A stretch of DNA of 64,000 nt from positions 88,015,424 through 88,079,423 of the forward strand of contig NC_057718.1 of assembly GCF_004010195.1 (NCBI RefSeq), read 5' to 3'. Below the pieces are notes generated by a model. It was not told where the DNA came from, ran no database searches, and worked only from the letters and a program-made list of their open reading frames with translations. Made by a program: the position numbers and the translations under genes. This stretch comes from Chiloscyllium plagiosum. Its lineage: Eukaryota. Positions 12,661-24,630 of this stretch are shown here, one piece after another; the first letter of the stretch is position 1, and each line of letters begins with the position of its first letter.

Positions 12661-13770
12661 TCTACTGTGAAGTGTCTTAGAATGTTTTGCTATGTTCAAA
12701 CCAGTTTCTCATTCTAGCTCCGTTCTATGATCAAATTCAAATAAAATATTTGACATGTTCTCCTCAATCAAGGAACAACTTAATTTTAGCTGGTTACATT
12801 AGTCTTTGGGATAGAACTGCAAAGAAGCTCAATGGTTGATTATTGTTGTTATAGAAGTGCTGCTTTACTCCCCATAATCCTGTCTCATAGCAGTTGAGAT
12901 TGTACACTTGAATGTGCTTGCCTGTGCAAACAGGTATTTCTTTCTATGTGACTAGCCACCGGCAGAATTTACAATTTTCTGTGAATCCATCTAATTTCTC
13001 TATTATAAATCAACCTCTTTTGAAGCTGCTCTAGAAGTTTTGGTCTATATTTAAGAGCAAATAACACCTCCTGTAGTGTTTGCAAGTTGTTAGAATTACA
13101 GAATGTACAGTGCATGAACTGACCAACTGGATCGTATCAGTGTTTGCATTTCACACAAGCCACCTCCTGCTGCTCTTTAAATATCAGGAAGTGAGGCTTG
13201 CATATTTCTAAAAGTAAAAGGAATCTGACCCCGAAAGCCAACAGCACGTTAGTCTGACTTTCAGTTATATACAAGATGACTGAAAGACTCCAATGCATTG
13301 TACAAACATCTAACAAAGAAGGGGTTAATGGGGACTCTCAGCACGGTTTCGGGATTAAAAAAAAACTTGATTGGAAATGCATTGGTCTAGCAGCATTGGG
13401 AAAGAGAAACGGTTGGTGTATCAAGTCAAATAACTGTTGAAATTGGTAAAATGCAAACAAACATTCTTACACATCTGCAAGATGATCAGCATTGGCAGCA
13501 CTGCAATATTCAGGTTCTGCACGACAAAGCAACAGTGAACAGGGTATTGGAATATATTGGCATGACTACGTTAAATGAGAAATACTACTTGCCTGTAAAA
13601 GGGATGTTAAACCAGGATAGACAGTGATAAGAGTATTTTGTGACCACCCTCCACCTATTGTTTAGACTTTCAAAGAGATGATATGGAGATCATAAAAGTA
13701 TTTCAGGGTCCAAATAAATGAAGTTAACCTGGTGTTGTGATTTTTATAGTCCAACAGGTTTATTTGGAAA

Positions 13771-13805
13771 CACTAGCTTTCAGAGCATTGCTCCTTCATC
13801 AGGTG
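13771..13805 (-). ncRNA. Minimal type I hammerhead ribozyme (family B) downstream of a PLE GIY-YIG remnant
   Basis: Reverse complement CAC-CTGATGA-A-GGAGC(AAT)GCTCT-GAAA-GC-TA-GTG; core intact, G-U at the base of stem II. Confidence 0.8.
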
Positions 13806-14852
13806 GTTGTGGTGTATAAGAGCGTAAGACACATAATTTATAGCAAAAGTTTACAATTGATGGAACTGAAATTATATATTGAAAAAGACCTGGATTGTTT
13901 AAGTCTCTCATCTTTTAGACTGAACATGTTGGTTTCAGTTCTTTCATATATAATTTGCAGAACTACTTTGAAGTTACATTCTCAAGTGAACTTTAACAAT
14001 TGGTGTCATGTCGGTCCATTTAAGGTGTGAAGTGACCTGTCTGTGCCACAATGTTCAAACTGATTCTAATCTAAAAAAAATGGATTTACAGAATTTAACA
14101 TGGATTTATGCTGTTTTTGAGAAAAATAAAATGTAATTCTGCGAGTACAAATTCACTCCACAAACTTGGGTAGGGTAGGGTGGGGATGGGGGGGATTGTT
14201 ATGAGCCTCCGTGAGAGGGTGTGTGTGTGAATGTAAAGGGGTCTAAGTCTTGTGTGTGTGAATGTAAAGGGGTCTAAGTCTGTGAGAGGGTGTGGGAGTG
14301 TATGAGAGAGGGTGGGTGTGTGTGTGGGGTGCAGTGGGGTCACCTGTAGTGTGACATGAACCCAAGGTCCCAGTTGAGGCCATCCCCATGGGTACCAAAC
14401 TTGGCTATCAGCCTCTGCTTGGCCACTTGCATTGTTGCCTGTCCCAAAGTCCACCTTGGAGGACAGTCACCCGAAGGTCCGCGATTGAATGTCCTGGACT
14501 GCTGAAGTGTTCTCCGACTGAGAGGGAACACTCCTGTCTTTTAATTGTTGTGGGGTGTCCATTCACCTGTTGCCATAGCCTCTGCTCGGTCTTGCACAGA
14601 CAGTCTCACTTAGGGCACCTCCCACCTTTAAATGCATTATCTGGGCCGAAAAGACTCCATTGTTAAAATGCACTTGAGAATGTAACTTTAAAAAAGTTCT
14701 GCAATTTCAGTATGAAAGAACTGAAACCAACATGTTCATTCTAAAAGATGAGACTTAACAAACAATCCATAATATAATTTCAATATATAATTTCAGTTAC
14801 ATACTGTAAACTTTTGCTATAAATTCTGTCTTACAATCTTATACTCCTCAAC

Positions 14853-14886
14853 CACCTGATGAAGGAACAGTGTTCCAAAAGCTAGT
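14853..14886 (+). ncRNA. Hammerhead ribozyme relic (family B), catalytic core mutated
   Basis: CAC-CTGATGA-A-GGAAC(AGT)GTTCC-AAAA-GC-TA-GT; GAAA changed to AAAA (CpG-type decay of G12), so predicted inactive. Confidence 0.7.
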
Positions 14887-15078
14887 CCTTACAAATAAAC
14901 ATGTTGGTCCATAACCTGGTGTTGTGATTTTTAACTTTGTCCACCCCAATCCAATACCGGCATCTCCAAATCATGATTACCAAATAAATGAGCAATTGTG
15001 AGCTCCAATGTATAAGAGGACCAAAGGATGCAAAGTTTCCGAAACCACGGGACTGGATTAGATTCTGTTTTTCTCCTA

Positions 15079-15220
15079 GGTAAAAACAATGACTGCAGAT
15101 GCTGGAAACCAGATTCTGGATCAGTGGTGCTGGAAGAGCACAGCAATTCAGGCAGCAGAGCAGCTCGTCGGATGCTGCCTGAATTGCTGTGCTCTTCCAG
15201 CACCACTGATCCAGAATCTG
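15079..15220. mobile_element. Hairpin-shaped family A (A2 variant) element
   Basis: Perfect 48-bp inverted repeat (15110-15157 / 15173-15220); 13-bp direct repeat TCTGTTTTTCTCC at 15064-15076 and 15217-15229; body nearly identical to the 32661-32791 element. Confidence 0.88.
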
Positions 15221-16627
15221 TTTTTCTCCCGTCTGTTTCTGGAATGAATCGTTGACTTCTGACGATAATGAAAATCATGTGGATTTTGCTGTAGGTTGGA
15301 TGATCTTGATGTGGGTTTGAACTAGGGGACAGCTGAACATTGATCCTAATGTGTGCTATGTGAAATTCCGAATGTACCAAGATAGGAAAGATTGTAGAGC
15401 TGCAAATGCAGTTCAAATTCGTTAGCCATTTTTGGTGCAAAGCATTTAGCTATTCAATGATACAAACCTTTCCAGGTAAGAGTGAAGTGGGAAACCACCT
15501 GTTAGAAAATAATGGTTAGAAGGCACGTGGAAGCAATATTATCGCTAGCTTAGTCATCTCTTTTGTGAAGTTATTTAGTACCCAAAGTGGCCTGCAGTAT
15601 ATATGCTTGAATTTTAAAATATTCCAGTTGCATCAAGGCAAATTTTTAAATGGAGTACAGTAAGGAAAGTCAATTTGCATACAAACAATTAGTTACATTG
15701 GAGGACATGGCAGCTAATGGAATTTGAATTTTCAATTAATTTGTTTTAATTGCAGATTGTTTGTTTGTGTGTTGTGGAAATCCATTTGGTTCTTTTCTTG
15801 AAGAGAAGTCTGTTAAGCTCACCTGTTCTGGTCTAAATGTCACTGTAGATCCATCAGAAAAGTGGTTGATTCTTAATGCCATCTGCGGTGGCTTAACAAG
15901 CAACTTTGTTCAAGGCCAGTTAAGGATGGGCACCAATAACTAATATTGCTGACAACACCCATATCCCATGGTAGGATTATAATTAAAGTTGATGCACTGT
16001 TTGGAGTGGAGTTTGAATACTGAGCTGCCTGATATTTGGCAGGATTTTGTCATTTCAGCCAAAGGACGTTCTTCCATAGGTGGTAGTTTCAATAATTAAT
16101 GCTCACTTTTCACATCGTGAACAATTAAGCTTCATATAACTTGAGACTCCAAACTCCACTTAAACCTTCCACAATTGCTATTTTGCCATGCACAACCATC
16201 CTTTAAAACTGACTACTAAATGCCTACTTGGGATTGATAACTGCGAATGTCTTCCGAGTGAAATCACTATGAATTGAAGTATGAATAGGGAACAAGAACA
16301 AGCAACTGGGTTGTTTCAGCCTGTTCTGTCATTCAATAAGGTCATGGCTGACTTGATTTTAACCTTACTCCACATTCCTGCATATCCCTTTGGTAATCCA
16401 GAATCCAGCTGTGCCTTTAAAAATATTTTTAAAATTAATAAGTTTCCTCATCTGTGTTAAATTGGTGACCCTTTTTTCCCTTGTTCTGTAAGTGTCTCAC
16501 CCCATAATTGCTCATTGTTGTTTGGTCACATGTCAATATTCCTAGTACAGAGCTTTCCAGTTGATTTGGAAAGGCGAACAGGCTATTTGCTATCTGTCCG
16601 GATAATTCTTGACTATTCCACAAACTG

Positions 16628-16756
16628 AGAGAAAGTGAAGGCTGCAGATACTAGAGATCCGAGTCAAGAGTGGAGTGATGGAAAAGCACAGCAGGTCAGA
16701 CAGCATCCAAGGATCAGGAGAATCCACGTTTTGGGAAAAGCCCTTCATCAGGAATT
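16628..16756 (-). mobile_element. Family A element with a decayed hammerhead
   Basis: Reverse complement TTC-CTGATGA-A-GGGCTTTTCCCA-AAAC... followed by the family body ending CTGCAGCCTTCACTTTCTC. Confidence 0.8.
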
Positions 16757-16911
16757 CACAAATTGCCTTTCCAAATCCAATATTTTTGTTAACAGTGAGC
16801 AAGTACTCAAAAAGTCACAATTTGATTACTCCTATGATTAATCTTTTTAATTCCTGAACATTGCAAAGAATTTCTGGAGTTTCAGTAATCACTAAACTTG
16901 CTGTTGATTGC

Positions 16912-19335
16912 ATAGAATCATAAAGCTGTATAGCATGGAAACTCAGTCCAACTCATCCATGCTGACCAAATATCCTAAATAAATCTAGTCTCATTTGGCC
17001 CATATCCCCTCAACCCTTCCTATTCAAATACCCACCCAGATGCCTTTTTTAAATGTTGTAATTGAATCAGCCTCTACCATTTCCTCTGGCAGCTCACCAC
17101 CTTCTGTATGGAAAAAGTTGCCCCTTCGATCCCTTCTAAATCTTTTCCCCTCTCACCTTTTTAAACCTGTGTCCTCTATTTTTGGACACTGCTACCTTGA
17201 AGAAAAGATCTTGGCTATTCCTCCCATCCATGCCTCTCATGATTTATCAACCTCTAAGGTCATCCCTCAGCCTCTGGTGCTCTAGGGAAAATAACTTCAG
17301 CTTATTCAGCCTCTCACTATATCTCAAATCCTCCAACTCTGGCAATATCTTTTCTGAACCCTTTCAGGTTTCACAACATCCTGCCTAAAGAAGTGGACGC
17401 ATTATTGTGTCATCTGCAAACTTTGGTGGACATACCTCCTCTGTTCACATCCAAATCACTTTTTTATGTAAATGACAAAAAAAAAAGTGGACCCAGCATT
17501 AATCCTTGTGGCACGCTGCTGGGCACAGACCTCCAATCTGAAAAGCAACACTCCTCCTCCACCACGCTGCCACCTACCTTCAAGCCAGTGTTGTAACCAA
17601 ATGGCTACTTCTCACTGTATTCCACGTGATCGAACCTTGCTAACCAGTTCCCCTACCATGCAGAACCTTGTTGAATGCCTTACTGAAGCCCATATAGATC
17701 ACGTCCACTGCTCTGCCTTCATCAATCCTCTGTTATTACTTCAAGAAACTCAATCAAGTTAGTGAGACATGATTTCCCACTCAAAGCCATGTTGACTATC
17801 CCTAATCAGTCTTTGCCTTTCCCTAATCAGTCTTTGCCTTTCCAAATACACACACATCCTGTCCCTCAGGGTTCCAATCAACAACTTGCCTACCACTATA
17901 GTTCCCTGGCTTTTCTTTAGCACTTTTCTTTAATTAATGGTGCCACTTTTGTGGGCAGCACGGTGGCGCAGTGGTTAGCACTGCTGCCTCCAGGCGCCAG
18001 AGACCTGGGTTCAATTCCCACCTCGGGCAACTGACTGACTGTGTGGAATTTGCACGTTCTCCCCGCGTCTGCGTGGGTTTCCTCCGGGTTTCCTCCCACA
18101 GTCTAAAAATGTGTAGGTCAGGTGAATTGGCCATGCTAAATTGCCCGTAGTGTTAGGTAAGGGGTAAATGTAGGGGTGTGGGTGGGTTGCGCTTCGGTGG
18201 GGCGGTGTGGACTTGTTGGGTTGAAGGGCCTGTTTCCACACTAAATAATCTAATCTTTAGCTAACTTCTAGTCGTTCGGCACCTCACCTGTGGCTGTCGA
18301 TGATGCACATATCTCAACAAAGATGCCCAACAAATTTCCCTAGTTTCCAACAAAGATCAAGTGTACCCTAGAATAGGTCCCAGGGATTTATCCACCTTTT
18401 ATACATTTTAAGATGTCCAGCAACTTTTGTAATATGGACATTTTTTCAAGATGTTGTTTATTTTACCAAATTCGCTAGCTTCCATAGCCTCCTTCACAGT
18501 AAACTGGAGCAAATACTCATTTAGTATCTTTCCCCCCCCATGTTTTGCAGTTCCACACAAAGACTGCCTTGCTGATCTTTAAGGGCACCTATTCCCTCCC
18601 TAGTAACCCTTTGTCCTTAATGTGTTTGTAGAATCACTTTTGGATTCTCCTTAACCCTATTTGCCAAAGCTATCTCATATCCCCTTTTTGCCCTCCTATT
18701 TTCCCTCTAGTATACTCCTACTGCCTTTATACTCTTCTAAGGATTCACTCAATGTCTCTTGTCTGTACCTGACATATGCTTCCTTCTTATTCTTAACCAA
18801 AACCGCAATTTCTTTAGTCATCCAGCATTCCTACCTACCAGCCTTGCCCTTCACCCTAACAGGAATATACTATCTCTGGACTCTTTACCTTATCTTTGAA
18901 GGCTTCACATTTTTCGGCCATCCCTTTACCTGCAAATATTCACCCCTGGTCGAAAGTTCTTGCCTAATGCTGTCAAAATTGGCCTTCCTCCAATTTAGAA
19001 CTTCAACTTTTAGATCTGGTCTATCCTTTCCCATTACTATTTTTAAAACGAATAGAATTACAGTCACTGGCCCCAAAGTGCTCCCCCACTGACACCTCAG
19101 TCACCTGCCCTGCCTTATTTCCCAAGAGTAGGTCAAGTTTTGCACCTTCTCTAGTAGGTACATCCACATACTGAATCAGAAAGTTATATTGTACACACTT
19201 AGAGTTTCTCCCCATCCAAGCCCTTAACAGTGTGGCAGTCCAGTCTGCGTTTGGAAAGTTAAAATCCCCTACCATAACCACCCTATTTTTCTTACAGGTA
19301 ACTAAGCTCCCCTTACAAAATTGTTTCTCACTTTC
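16912..19335 (-). mobile_element. CR1 LINE ORF2 (endonuclease to 3' end) with deletions
   Basis: RVVMVGDFNFP, PTREGAKLDLLLGN and EHFGASDCNSIRF APE-endonuclease motifs; RT and 3' tail toward 16912. Confidence 0.92.
17953..18256 (+). mobile_element. Young HE1-like V-SINE inserted in CR1
   Basis: GGGCAGCACGGTGGCGCAGTGGTTAGCACTGCTGCC (A box), GGGTTCAATTCCC (B box), V-domain TTTGCACGTTCTCCCCGCGTCTGCGTGGGTTTCCTCC, CR1-like tail ending (TAATC)n; CpGs retained. Confidence 0.92.
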
Positions 19336-19339
19336 TCGG

Positions 19340-22300
19340 GGTGATGGATTCTCAGGGGAATGTAGCACAAACAGCCAAGTTTCTGACATAGAGACTAGCT
19401 CTAATGCAATGAGGGGTACGTCGAGTTCAATTGTGTTAGGGAACTCTCTAGTCCGAGGCACAGACGATTCTCTGGCCAGCAGCGAAAAATCAGAATGGTG
19501 TGTTGCCTGCCTGAAGCCAGGATCAAGGATGACTCAGAGGGTGCAGAATGTCCTCAAGAGGGAGAGGGACCAGCAGGAAGTCATTGTACACGTCAGAACC
19601 AATGACATAGGAAGGGAAAAGGATGAATTTCTGAAGGGCAAATATAGAAAGGGGCAAAATTAAAATTCAAAATATCTAGGTTACTCTCAGTGCTGTGAGC
19701 TAGTGAGGGTAGGAATAGGAGGATACAGCAGATGATTGCATGGTAGAGAACTGAGGGAGGATATTCCTGGAAATACATCCAGGGAAGTTATTTGGGTTGA
19801 ACTGAGGAATAAGGAAGGGATTGGTCACCTTTTATTGGGATAGTATTATAGATCTCCTGATAGCAGGAAATTGAGAAACAAATTTGTAAGGAGACGTCCG
19901 TTATCTGTTAGCATAATAGAGTGGTTATGGTCAGGGATTTAACTTTCCAAACATAGACTGGGATGGCCTAGTGTTAAGGGTTCAGATGAAGAGGAATTTG
20001 CTAAGTGTGTACAAGAAAATTTTCTGATTCAGTAATGTGGATGTATCTACTAGAGAAGGTGCAAAACTTGACCTACTCTTGGGAAATAAGGCAGAGCAGA
20101 TGACTGAGGTGTCAGTGGGGGAGCACTTTGGGGTCAATGAACATAATTCTGTTAGTTTTAAAATAGTGATGGAAAAGGATAGACCAGATCTAAAGGTCTG
20201 GCAAGAACTTTCAAAAGTTTATTGGGGCAGAGCGCATGTTCGCAGGTAAAGGGACGGCTGGAAAAAGAGATGAGTCCAGAGACAGTATATTCCTGTTTGG
20301 CTGAAAGGAAAGGCTGATAGATATAGGGAGTGCTTGAGGACTAAAGAAATTGAGGGCTTGGCTTCGAAAAAGTAGGAAGCATATGTTGGGTATAGACAAG
20401 ATAGATCAAATGAATCCTTAGAAGTATAAAGGCAGAAGGAGTATACTTAAAAGGGAAATCAGGAGGGCGCAAAGGGGACATGAGATAGCTTTGACAAATA
20501 GAATTAAGAATCCAGTTTTTACAAATACATTAAGGACAAAAGGGCAACTCTGGAGAGAATAGGGCCCTTCAAAGATCAGCAAGGCAGCCTTTGAGATGGG
20601 AGAGATACTAGACAAGTATTTTGCATCAGTGTTTACTGTGGAAAAGGACATGGAAGATATAGAATGTAGGGAAATAGGTGGTGACATCTTGAAAAATGTC
20701 CGTATTATAGAAGAGGAAGTGTTGGATGTCTTGAAATGCAGAAAGGTGGATAAATCCCCAGGACCTGACCAAGTGTACCCTAGAACTCTGTGGGAAGCTA
20801 GAGAAGTGATTGCTGGGCCTCTTGCTGAGATATTTATATCATTGATAGTCACAGGTGAGGTGCTGGAAGTCTGGAGATTGGCTAACATGTTAGCCAATGT
20901 TTAAGAAGGGCGGTAAGGACAAGCCAAGGAACTATAGACCAGTGAGTCTGACATCAATGGTGGGCAAGTTGTTGGAGGGAAACCTGAGCGACAGGATGTA
21001 CATATATTTGGAAAGGCAAGGACTGATTACGGTTAGTCAACATGGCTTTGTCATGGGAAATCCTGTCTCTCAAACTTGAAGTAACAAAGAGGATTGAGGG
21101 CAGAGCAGTGGACGTGATCTATATATGGATTTCAGTAAGGCATTCAACAAGGTTCCCTATGGGAGACTGGTTAGTCAGGTTAGATCTCATCAAATACAAG
21201 GAGAAGTCTGACATCAATGGTGGGCAAGTTGTTGGAGGGAAACCTGAGCGACAGGATGTACATATATTTGGAAAGGCAAGGACTGATTACGGATAGTCAA
21301 CATGGCTTTGTCATGGGAAATCCTGTCTCACAAATTTGAAGTAACAAAGAGGATTGAGGGCAGAGCAGTGGACGTGATCTATATATGGATTTCAGTAAGG
21401 CATTCAACAAGGTTCCCTATGGGAGACTGGTTAGTCAGGTTAGATCTCATCAAATACAAGAAGAACTAACCATTTTTATACAGAATTGGCTCAAAGGTAG
21501 AAGACAGAGGGTGGTGGTGGAGGATTGTTTTTCAGACTGGAGGCCTGTGGCCAATGGAGTGCCACAAGGATTGATGCTGGGTCCACTACTTTTCTTCATT
21601 TATATAAATGATTTGGATGTGAGCATAAGAGGTACAGTTAGTAAGTTTGCAGATGATACCAAAATGGGAGGTGTAGTGGACAGTGAAGAAGGCTACTTAA
21701 GATTACAACGGAATCTTGACCAGATGGGCCAATGGGCTGAGAAGTGGCAGATGGAGTTTAATTCAGATAAATGCGAGGTGCTNNNNNNNNNNNNNNNNNN
21801 NNNNNNNNNNNNNNNNNNNNNNNNNNNNNNNNNNNNNNNNNNNNNNNNNNNNNNNNNNNNNNNNNNNNNNNNNNNNAGGACTTATACACTTAATGGTAAG
21901 GTCCTAGGGAGTGTTGCTGAACAAAGAGACCTTGGAGTGCAGGTTCATAGCTCCTTGAAAGTGGAGTCGCAGGTAGATAGGACAGTGAAGCCGGTGTTTG
22001 GTATGCTTTCCTTTATTGGTCAGAATATGGAGTATAGGAGTTGGGAGGTCATGTTACAGCTGTACAGGACATTGGTTAGGCCATTGTTGGAATATTGCGT
22101 GCAGTTCTGGTCTCCTTCCTATCTGAAGGATGTTGTGAAACTTGAGAGAGTTCAGAAAAGATTTTCAAGGATGTTACCAGGGTTGGAGGATTTGAGCTAT
22201 AGGGAGAGGTTGAATAGGTTGGAGCATCAGAGACTGCGGGTTGAGCTCAGAGGTTTATAAAATCATGAGAGGCATGGATAGGATAAATAGACCAAATCTT

Positions 22301-22613
22301 TTTCCCTGGGGTGGAGGTGTCCAGAACTAGAGGGCCTAGGTTTAAGGTGAAAGGGGAAAGATTTAAAAGAGTCCCTAAGGAGGCAACATTTTCCCAGGGT
22401 GGTACGTGTATGGAATGAGCTGCCAGAGAAATTAGTGGAGGCTGGTACAATTGCAACATTTAAAAGGCATCTGGATGGGTTTATGAGTAGGAAGAGTTTG
22501 AAGGGAAATGGACTGGGTCCTGGCAAGTGGGACTAGATTGAGGTGGGATAGCTAGTCAGTATGGATGAGTTGGACCAAAGGATCTGTTTCCGTGCTGTCC
22601 ATCTCTGACTCTA
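19340..22613 (+). mobile_element. Near full-length decayed CR1 LINE: ORF1 SGNH-esterase remnant, endonuclease, RT, 3' tail
   Basis: IVLGNSLVRGTD...VIVHVRTNDIGR (esterase blocks), GAKLDLLLGN, KSPGPDQVYPR, NYRPVSLTS, GVPQG...FADDTK, LEYCVQFWSP; many frameshifts; gap at 21783-21876. Confidence 0.95.
20945..21462 (+). repeat. 260-bp tandem duplication within CR1 RT
   Basis: AGTCTGACATCAATGGTGGG... starts at 20945 and again at 21205; only a few substitutions differ. Confidence 0.9.
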
Positions 22614-24299
22614 TGGAATGTAATTCCATCTATCCATTGCCACTTAAAATTGGTGGTTCATGTCAAAAGGGCACTTTTTAATGATCTGTAATTCACAATT
22701 ATGAAATGCTACTTGACCTTCAAGACAGACAGGGAATAATGAAGCACCAATTCTCTTGTCTGCAGATAGTAAACTGCTGCTCAACATTTTAAACATAACT
22801 TTACCAATCATGGCAATGTGTTTGGTGAATGTTTGTATATTGGCACATCTACCTGTCATTGTCAAGGACCAATATAGCAACACCAAACTCAACTGTTACT
22901 TTTCCATCTCTTTCCCTCTCTTCCTTCCTCTTGGTCCACACTTTCCTTCTGTTTCTGACTTGAGTTCCTCCTATTTCCATCTTGGTTTCTTTCTCTGTTC
23001 TTCTACTTTTGGTTAAGGATTGGGTGTGACTATGTCCCAAATCCCCTTTTTATGCTGCAAGCCGATGATATATAAATAGGAAGATATGAAATCCAATTGA
23101 TATCCCTTGCTGTGAGATGTGCAATTTCTGACCTGTTTAAAAACTGAACACTCGTTCTTATAACTACCATGATGGAATTTGACCTAGTTCTCTCAACCTT
23201 TTTTAAGCAGAAATTCCACACTAATGCACACTTAGATCAGGAAATGGCAATTGGGACTGTTCCCTCATTAGATGGTTTTGGCTTGTTAAAATAATTCACA
23301 AGCAGTAAGAAAAATTTGTTCACAATCTGATTAGCTCTTCCCTCATTAGTGAATGAAGAAGTGGGCCAACCCTGATGTGCTGTAGAGCCTTTTCCTTTAT
23401 GCTGAGATGCTCAATAATTTAACATTGAAACTTACCCTTCCTGAAATGGGGTTTCCTGTGATAAGAGTTTGTCTATGAGCTCAAAGCTTCCTGACTACTA
23501 TTTTTGAATTTCTTGGTTCACAAAGCTGTAAAATAGAATGACATTGTCCCTAGGTTGCTAGGTGGAGGATTTTGTTTTAAATGGAAGGTTCAGATTCTAT
23601 AGGAAAGGTGGTTTATTTCATTACTTCCCATATGAAGTGAAATAGATAGGGACAATCAGCTTGAACCAATCAAAAAATGATTTGCAATTTTTGATTAATC
23701 TGACTGCACACTTGTCCTTGGAAGACCTTTTTTAGTAATTAGAAAAGAAGAAACAACGTTGTTACTGGGTGTTGTTCAGTTAACCCTATCTCAACTGGTT
23801 AGTGTCCTTCTGTTGTCTAAGGATGTTATTTGGGGGAAATGGTGGCATAATTGCATCACTGCTGGACTAATCCACAGCTTTTGACTAATGTTCTGGGGCA
23901 TTGATTTGAATCCTTCCATGGCAGGTGGTGAAATTTGAGTTTAATTTTTTTTTTGAGCAATAAAAAGCAAAGATAGCCATGTAACCATTGTTGATTTGTT
24001 GTAAAAACAGTTCTGGTTCACTAATGTCCTTCTATTGGGAAGGAAATATACTGTTGTTACCTGGTCTGGCCTAAATGTGACTTCAGACCAGAATTCCTTG
24101 AATTTCTTTTCCCCCAGCATAGGTTAGAGGTCCATATGTGGCAGCCATTTTCAGAACTGAGTATACTGTGATCAGTCTTGGAGGGGATATTGCTTCAGAC
24201 CCACACAAGAGATTGACACTTAACTGCTGTCTGGGAATAATGTAAAGAGTTAGTGACTCTTTTTAATTTAGTAATTTAGAACTTTAATTTAAAACATGG

Positions 24300-24630
24300 G
24301 CTCTTATCTGTGGAATGGAAGCTAAAAATCTAGACTGACTCTTCCACACATTTTTGAGAATATGCTGCATTATTGAGTATATTGTCTTTCAGATGAAATG
24401 TCAAACCAGGGGCCTATTTGTATCCTTGGTGGCTGCAAAAGAAGTTGCCATGACACTAATTGTAAGAAGATCATGGATGTTTCCTCTGGTGTCCTGGCCT
24501 ACATTTAACTTTCTTTCTCTCACTGTGATATTACATGGTCAATATTTGGCTCTGCATTGTAGGAGCTTGCAGTACTTGAAGTGGCTACTGCAATTATGAT
24601 GCACTTCAAAAAGTACTTAGTAAACTGTGA
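24300..24630 (+). mobile_element. SacSINE1/Deu-like SINE, decayed
   Basis: GCCATGACACTAATT...GGTGTCCTGGCC...GGAGCTTGC...CACTTCAAAAAGTAC body shared with 34358, 53222 and 60972 copies. Confidence 0.6.

Larger units (their letters stand above)
13740..14976 (-). mobile_element. Penelope-like element (Neptune-type) GIY-YIG 3' fragment with an inverted terminal repeat
   Basis: Minus strand encodes SVGEHFSSPGHSIADLRVTVLQGGL and VAKQRLIAKFGTHGDGLNWDLGFMSHY; 13745-14005 is mirrored at ~14660-14915; hammerheads in both arms. Confidence 0.85.

Noticed and set aside
17953..18025. tRNA gene
   Set aside because: The tRNA-like head runs straight into a V-domain and LINE tail, so it is a SINE.
21385..22260. 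291-aa RT ORF as an active retrotransposon gene
   Set aside because: It spans an N gap and the upstream ORF2 has many frameshifts and a duplication.
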